Below are positions 15,388 to 20,000 of a DNA stretch of 20,000 nt, piece after piece. Both the position numbers and the translations under genes were made by a program. The stretch comes from an uncultured virus (IMG/VR IMGVR_UViG_3300042294_002722). Its lineage: Duplodnaviria > Heunggongvirae > Uroviricota > Caudoviricetes. The notes beneath the pieces are model-generated. The model did not search any database and was not told where the DNA came from. It saw only the letters and a list, made by a program, of their open reading frames with translations. Location: the IMG/VR virus record IMGVR_UViG_3300042294_002722; one strand, written 5' to 3'. How positions within the stretch are numbered: the stretch's first letter is position 1; each line of letters starts with the position of its first letter.

Positions 15388-16080
15388 CGTCAGATTCCTG
15401 CTTCACGCCTAGCATACCTAACCACAAATCGCGTTCTTGTTCCCAAGTTCGTTCTTTTTTCTTCTCGGTTTCGGGTAACTTGAATTCCAGCAAATAATCA
15501 CTGGGTTTCAATTTCTTTGCACCCTGAGACGCAAAAATGGCCCATGTCGTTTGAGCAGCATACCAGTCTGATTTGTCATGCAGCGTCTGCTTCAATCGGA
15601 AGTAAGACTGCCACTTTTCAAATTCAGACACCGTGGTAAGTTGCTTAACCAGCGACACGGGCCATTTAAGCTCGAAAGCGAGTTCGTACCAAAGAAACTC
15701 CTCGCTTTCGAGAGTTAGTTTTTTTCGGCGTTCTCTTCTGCTTCTTCGCTCTTTTTCAGCCCGTTCAATACGCTAGCCGCGTCAAACAAAACACGTTGCG
15801 CCGAATCCGGCCAAGCCTGAATGGATGCCTCGGGAACCAGTTTCCCGTCCGCATCGTACAGGCAGAACGACAACAGGGTGCTGTACATACCCTTGTAATC
15901 GTTCATCCCGACGACTTCGCCGGTGTTTGGATCAACTTTGAGCTTCTTGTTGGTCGTCGCCAGAAACTCATCCCGCTGTGCCCCAGTCATTTCTTTGATG
16001 TAGAACTGACTTACCCCAGACTCAGACTCCAGGGAAACAGGAATAGACTTACGAATGACAGAAACAGAAATCATATACAA
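15377..16080 (-). CDS. Tail assembly chaperone, -1 frameshifted long form (gpGT-like, about 234 aa)
   Basis: A -1 slip at GAA AAA AAC continues ...EK(K/N)LTLESEEFLWYELAFELKWPVSLVKQLTTVSEFEKWQSYF without a stop into ORF 15377..15658. Confidence 0.85.
15671..15724 (-). promoter_or_regulatory. Programmed -1 ribosomal frameshift signal: A AAA AAC heptamer plus downstream 12-bp stem-loop
   Basis: Heptamer at 15724-15718, 5-nt spacer, then CTCGAAAGCGAG (15712-15701), an 18-nt loop and CTCGCTTTCGAG (15682-15671), a perfect 12-bp stem. Confidence 0.88.
15715..16080 (-). CDS. Tail assembly chaperone (gpG-like, short form)
   Basis: 121 aa between the tail tube and TMP genes; contains YIKEMTGAQRDEF and CLYDADGKLV, and ends in EKN-stop at the slippery site. 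Confidence 0.88.
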   Translation of the reverse strand: MYMISVSVIRKSIPVSLESESGVSQFYIKEMTGAQRDEFLATTNKKLKVDPNTGEVVGMNDYKGMYSTLLSFCLYDADGKLVPEASIQAWPDSAQRVLFDAASVLNGLKKSEEAEENAEKN

Positions 16081-16091
16081 CCCTCTGCGAA

Positions 16092-16118
16092 TCAGGCGGC
16101 CCTTAGCAGGCCGCCTGA
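16092..16118 (-). terminator. GC-rich hairpin between tail tube and chaperone genes (weak terminator or mRNA stabiliser)
   Basis: TCAGGCGGCC (16092-16101) / GGCCGCCTGA (16109-16118), a 10-bp stem with a 7-nt loop; there is no good U-tract on the minus strand. Confidence 0.55.
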
Positions 16119-16149
16119 GTAAACGTGGAAAACAAACCTACTAGATGGA

Positions 16150-16611
16150 TCACGGACCAGCGGTCGTGGTGGTCGTAGCCGTGGTTCCGGTAGCAAAGAC
16201 CGGAGCGGTTTCGACCGGCGTTGCTGCCGTGGACATATTGCTTGGAACCAGTTCCAACGTGCCTTCTGGCCGTTCGCCTTCCTTGAAGGAATCGAAGGTG
16301 AAGGAGTTGATGATGGCATAGAATACCAGGGTAGACCCGTCCGGGAACGTAATGGTAACGTGCCGGTTGGTTCCGAGGAACTGGTGCATCTGTGCAATGA
16401 CCTTGGGGTCAAATGCGACTTTGATCGATACGGGTTCGAGCGTAATCAGGGCCTTACCGAGCATCGTTCGGTAACGGCTGTTACGCATCGTGGTTTGGTC
16501 GATCCCGCCACCGGAATTCATCGACGGTGGGGTTACTTCGATTTCCTCGAATTGGCCGCTGATCCCGTTGATCGCGATCAGGATTTTGAAACCGTCCTTC
16601 AAGTTAGGCAT
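16150..16611 (-). CDS. Major tail tube protein with Thr-rich C-terminal extension
   Basis: 153 aa upstream of the chaperone; IEVTPPSMNSGGGIDQTTM...ITFPDGSTLVFYAIINSF resembles siphovirus tube proteins; ends in ATGTTATTTTTAGP. Confidence 0.85.
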   Translation of the reverse strand: MPNLKDGFKILIAINGISGQFEEIEVTPPSMNSGGGIDQTTMRNSRYRTMLGKALITLEPVSIKVAFDPKVIAQMHQFLGTNRHVTITFPDGSTLVFYAIINSFTFDSFKEGERPEGTLELVPSNMSTAATPVETAPVFATGTTATTTTTAGP

Positions 16612-16617
16612 GGAAAA

Positions 16618-17007
16618 TTACTCCAAAGTCAATCGGTAGTTCTGGGTGTAGACGTAGCGGCGGGTTTGTGGCTCATGGCCTGCAAATCCTATTGTATTAG
16701 ATTTTGTGATAACCTGCAAAACTTGCCCGTTCGACAGGCTGAATTTGTAGGTAGTGTCTGCCAAGTCCGCTATAGACTGCAATACGTCCCTCGCAGACGA
16801 GTCCGCGCCCCTAACCAGCACCCTGAGTGCCGGATGCTCCTCGCGTTCGCCGGAGGCCATTTTACGCGATTCTAAGACCCCTCCGCTGGCCTCATAGATC
16901 AGAATGGCGTTATCCGGCTTATCCGGCATGTGGTTAATGAAGATTTCGTAACCCGCCGCCGTAGCTGTAGCCTGTATCAACTCTGCTAATGCTAGCCCGG
17001 GGGTCAT
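16618..17007 (-). CDS. Tail terminator / minor capsid-3-like protein
   Basis: IFINHMPDKPDNAILIYEASGG...EHPALRVLVRG...RRYVYTQNY; position just before the tube gene. Confidence 0.75.
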   Translation of the reverse strand: MTPGLALAELIQATATAAGYEIFINHMPDKPDNAILIYEASGGVLESRKMASGEREEHPALRVLVRGADSSARDVLQSIADLADTTYKFSLSNGQVLQVITKSNTIGFAGHEPQTRRYVYTQNYRLTLE

Positions 17008-17438
17008 ATTTTCACCTTCTTCAATTCACTGAAAACAGCGTCTACGATCAAATCCCCGTAGTAATCCAGCCCATCTTCCAGGAAATGGTCAATGCCTTGC
17101 ACATGGTTCATGGGAACTTCGTGCTGGTAAACAGCATATTCCCTTGGGACTTTGATCTCTAAACCAGTTTCGCGAGTTCCCCGAAGGTAAATCTCTTCGA
17201 TCTCAAACCCGTAACCCAGGAAAGTCTGAGTTTTCCAACCGTTCCCTCGTTGAACTATGCCCCGGGATCGCCTAAGTGCCCCGGTTTCCATAGGGACCAG
17301 TTCGTCGGCAGCCTCAAAATAAACCTCAGAAGCCTTCTCCATTGCTGGCTTAAATGCTTCTCCCAAGTTTTCATTGTACTTTTTGAAGGAAGTCTTGAAT
17401 TTGTCGAGGTTGAATATCCTGGCCCTGTAACTAAGCAT
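17004..17438 (-). CDS. Tail completion/neck protein (HK97 gp10-like)
   Basis: ADELVPMETGALRRS and YAVYQHE...HFLE motifs; synteny. Confidence 0.78.
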   Translation of the reverse strand: MLSYRARIFNLDKFKTSFKKYNENLGEAFKPAMEKASEVYFEAADELVPMETGALRRSRGIVQRGNGWKTQTFLGYGFEIEEIYLRGTRETGLEIKVPREYAVYQHEVPMNHVQGIDHFLEDGLDYYGDLIVDAVFSELKKVKI

Positions 17439-17775
17439 AAGCTTCGTATAGCCTTTCCCGGTAGTTTAAGGTCGGGGTGTCGCATACTTTTAAGACCTCG
17501 TAGGCATCCTGGTTGCGTTTTGGGTCTTCCCAGTAAGCGGTATTCGCTAACGTACCCCGGCGAACGAGATCGCCTGGGGAAAGTAAAATCTCGGTGATTA
17601 ACTCAACCTTAGAAAGCACTCGGGTATTGTTAGCCTGGATGATTTCCCGGGCACAGTCGTCCCATCTACAGGTAATCTGCTGCGGTGCGCCCCAAATAGG
17701 TTCCCCGGTCTGCTTGGTCCCAATAAGGGGCCAGTGGACTAGGGTTTCGCGTTGGCACTTGCGAATTAGGGACAT
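17431..17775 (-). CDS. Head-closure (stopper) protein, putative
   Basis: 114 aa; GEPIWGAPQQITCRWDD; lies between the adaptor and gp10-like genes. Confidence 0.65.
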   Translation of the reverse strand: MSLIRKCQRETLVHWPLIGTKQTGEPIWGAPQQITCRWDDCAREIIQANNTRVLSKVELITEILLSPGDLVRRGTLANTAYWEDPKRNQDAYEVLKVCDTPTLNYRERLYEAYA

Positions 17776-17783
17776 GGGCCACC

Positions 17784-18203
17784 TTAGCTGTTGTAGGCAG
17801 GGGACTGTTCAGGCGGTTTGCCGCCCCAGACCAAGGTAAAGGCCCCGGCAACCCCGTCAATCACTTTTCTGTTCCAGTTGGCTAGTTTTCCGCTGGTATC
17901 CAGCATCATAGCAGTGGCTCCCCAGTGGGTAATACCAAGGCCGTCTGAAAGACGGTACTGGTAGGAGTTCTGGAGACTCTTGACTTGCTCTGATTGCACT
18001 CGGGTAGAGCTATCGGTGATACTTATTAGATGTGCCGACAAATACCGTGTTACCAATTCTAATCCGGGATCAGGCAATGCCGTTCCCACCACAGCAGTAA
18101 CTATGAGGATCGCGGAATCAATAAAAGGTTGAATGTCCGTAATCACAGTATCATCGTACTGAATGATCTTCTGGACTGCGGTTATGGTGGTTGTGGCTGG
18201 CAT
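17784..18203 (-). CDS. Head-tail adaptor/connector protein, putative
   Basis: IQPFIDSA..IV, LELVTRYLSAHLISI, SEQVKSLQNSY and GLGITHWGATAMMLDTSGKL pattern; synteny. Confidence 0.7.
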   Translation of the reverse strand: MPATTTITAVQKIIQYDDTVITDIQPFIDSAILIVTAVVGTALPDPGLELVTRYLSAHLISITDSSTRVQSEQVKSLQNSYQYRLSDGLGITHWGATAMMLDTSGKLANWNRKVIDGVAGAFTLVWGGKPPEQSPAYNS

Positions 18204-18207
18204 GGCG

Positions 18208-19437
18208 CTACCCTACAATACTTCCCAAAGCTACCGTGTTGCCTGCGTTCGCCGGGACTAGAACATTGAACTTTCTAGTGCTGTTTGAACGGTAGACAAC
18301 GTAGGTAGCTCCTTTTACGAGATTCGTGAACGACACAACTCCACTTCCATTCGCTGTCCCGGTTCTAGGTGCATCTTCCATGACAAGGCCAGTTGAATCT
18401 TTGGGAGGATTAGCGGCCTGGATCACTACCTGGGCATTGGGCTGGATTGCCCCGTTCAAGTCTAGCACAGTCCAGTAGCCTGTGGTATAGGGCGGCGATG
18501 ATGGGGTGACATTCTCCCCGGCAGCCATGCTGTATGTGACCGTTTCCGTGCCATCGACAACAAGGGATGCCCCGGCAAATATAAGATTTGCCGCAGTGAT
18601 GCCTACAACCCAAGTCCCATCGTTTAGGTTAAGCACAGCCTGACCAGAAGCGTTGGTTACGGCTATGTAAGTTTCCGCATTCTTGGTCATGCGGACTATC
18701 GCGTTCTGGACTGGGTTGCCGGAGTAGTTGACCGTGACGGTAACTGTTCTGGCCCCGGTTCCTACGCTTTCTTGCAATGCTTGCTTGATATCCGCAATCG
18801 CGTGAACGTGGCTAGCAGGCAGAATAAAGAACTTGTCTCCAGCTACAGGAGCAGCGGTTCTAGCTTCTTCCAAGGTAACGGTTGAAGTCCCATCACCGTT
18901 GTTTACCCATGTAAGAATTGGGCTGTTTTGCTCTGCCAGTGTTGCATCATCTTGGAATACCAGGACCGCATGTTCAAAAGCACCAGTCGGATAATTAACA
19001 TTGCATTTGAACACCGTAGAAGTAGGTGCGGGCGATGCCTGTACCGTGCCTTCTACAAGAGTGTTGGCTTTTCTTAGTAGGTCCATCAACTTACCAAAGC
19101 TTCCCGCTGTAGTATGTTGATTGTATGATTCATCCCACACGGCATCAGCAATAGCTCCTACGTTGATTGCCGCCTCACTCCTGGGGTAGAAGGTTGCAGT
19201 TGATAAGGTCAGGTCGTAGACCTCATTGGCAAATCCACCCACGTTAGACACGAACCCGTTTAGTCTGTAAGCACCCGCAGGTACGCCAGTAAAGGCTACT
19301 GCGTACCTATTCTTGTCGTTGGTCCGTTCAACCGCTGTAGCTGTAGCTACAACGGTATCGCTATTAAGACCAAACAGCTTACAGACTATTGTGAGTCCCG
19401 TGCCCGCATTAAACAGGAGTGTCTGCGTTTCCGGCAT
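18208..19437 (-). CDS. Accessory virion protein with several Ig/prealbumin-like beta-sandwich domains
   Basis: 409 aa; TVTVNYSGNPVQNAIV...TNASGQAVLNL.DGTW and LDLNGAIQPNAQV...TANGSGVVSFTNL..GATY resemble carboxypeptidase-regulatory/Cna-B-like repeats; AIADAVWDE linker. Confidence 0.65.
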   Translation of the reverse strand: MPETQTLLFNAGTGLTIVCKLFGLNSDTVVATATAVERTNDKNRYAVAFTGVPAGAYRLNGFVSNVGGFANEVYDLTLSTATFYPRSEAAINVGAIADAVWDESYNQHTTAGSFGKLMDLLRKANTLVEGTVQASPAPTSTVFKCNVNYPTGAFEHAVLVFQDDATLAEQNSPILTWVNNGDGTSTVTLEEARTAAPVAGDKFFILPASHVHAIADIKQALQESVGTGARTVTVTVNYSGNPVQNAIVRMTKNAETYIAVTNASGQAVLNLNDGTWVVGITAANLIFAGASLVVDGTETVTYSMAAGENVTPSSPPYTTGYWTVLDLNGAIQPNAQVVIQAANPPKDSTGLVMEDAPRTGTANGSGVVSFTNLVKGATYVVYRSNSTRKFNVLVPANAGNTVALGSIVG

Positions 19438-19576
19438 CGCTGGAATCCTTCAACTGTTGGATCTTCGCTGCCAACGGCAACAGCACACTTGCGGCTTGCA
19501 AGCCACCTTGCTTGACGGCAAGATCGAGGCATGTCATCAATTGCTGCTGTTCTTCTTTGGTTAGTTCGAGGTTCAT
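19409..19576 (-). CDS. Small helical protein (55 aa), absent from the ORF track
   Basis: ATG at 19576 with GGAG 5 nt upstream, 2 nt after the previous stop; reads MNLELTKEEQQQLMTCLDLAVKQGGLQAASVLLPLAAKIQQLKDSSDAGNADTPV, with TAA at 19411-19409. Confidence 0.75.
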   Translation of the reverse strand: MNLELTKEEQQQLMTCLDLAVKQGGLQAASVLLPLAAKIQQLKDSSDAGNADTPV

Positions 19577-19578
19577 GA

Positions 19579-19905
19579 TTACTCCGGTAAAACGTCAGGA
19601 ATGTGCAACTGGGCTACGAGTGCCGCTTGTTGCTCTGGGGTAAGGGAATCAAACATCTGCAACGCCGACTTTTTCTTGAAATCGACGAGTTGCTTGTAGT
19701 AGCTATCGCAAGCCGACCGTATCACCGACTCAATATAGCTCTGCGGTGTGAACAGTTCCTTGAGCGGCTTCTTGTCCGCTTCGGGCAGACTCGCATTACT
19801 TGCGGTGATCTGTTCGTTCTCGGTGACGATGGGTTTGTTCGCTTCCAACGTAGCGAAGTCTACGCCCCATTGCTGTTCTTGTGTTAACTGTGTTAGGTCG
19901 ATCAT
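19579..19905 (-). CDS. Hypothetical protein
   Basis: 108-aa ORF in the operon, with AGGA upstream; predicted helical. Confidence 0.75.
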   Translation of the reverse strand: MIDLTQLTQEQQWGVDFATLEANKPIVTENEQITASNASLPEADKKPLKELFTPQSYIESVIRSACDSYYKQLVDFKKKSALQMFDSLTPEQQAALVAQLHIPDVLPE

Positions 19906-19916
19906 GGTTTGGGTTC

Positions 19917-20000
19917 CTATGTTGCGATAAGGCCGAGGTCACGCATCCGACTAAGGAGTGCGTTTAACTGTGTAATCACCGATGCCGCATCGGTGGCGTC
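19917..20000 (-). CDS. C-terminus of a head fibre/decoration-like protein (5'-truncated)
   Basis: Reads DATDAASVITQLNALLSRMRDLGLIAT-stop, the 'NALL..LR..GLIA' ending typical of phage head-fibre-like trimeric proteins. Confidence 0.7.
   Translation of the reverse strand, partial: DATDAASVITQLNALLSRMRDLGLIAT

Noticed and set aside
19977..19995. Palindrome CACCGATG-CCG-CATCGGTG
   Set aside because: Lies inside a coding region as a single copy with no U-tract or other supporting context; may be chance.

Overview
Fragment of a tailed dsDNA bacteriophage (or prophage), siphovirus-like, with two converging gene blocks. The + strand (1-4910) carries a free-standing HNH endonuclease, a Rad50/SbcC-type ATPase split into separate N-terminal (Walker A to zinc hook) and C-terminal (signature, Walker B, H-loop) genes with the Mre11/SbcD nuclease and a small coiled-coil gene between them, a small protein with a motif I associate with Planctomycetota, and two glycosyltransferases (GT2-like, GT9-like). 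The - strand (20000 to 4913) is a virion morphogenesis operon: head-fibre C-terminus, accessory Ig-like protein, head-tail joining genes, a tail tube protein with a Thr-rich tail, a tail assembly chaperone with a -1 frameshift (A AAA AAC plus a 12-bp hairpin), a tape measure protein, two tail-tip genes, a 1173-aa Cys-rich/poly-Thr mucin-like protein, and a GT2-methyltransferase-Cys-domain fusion with its own sigma70-like promoter. The most interesting hypothesis is a phage-encoded virion O-glycosylation system: three glycosyltransferase domains and a probable methyltransferase next to structural proteins carrying mucin-like Thr tracts. All functional calls come from motif reading only; no database searches were run.
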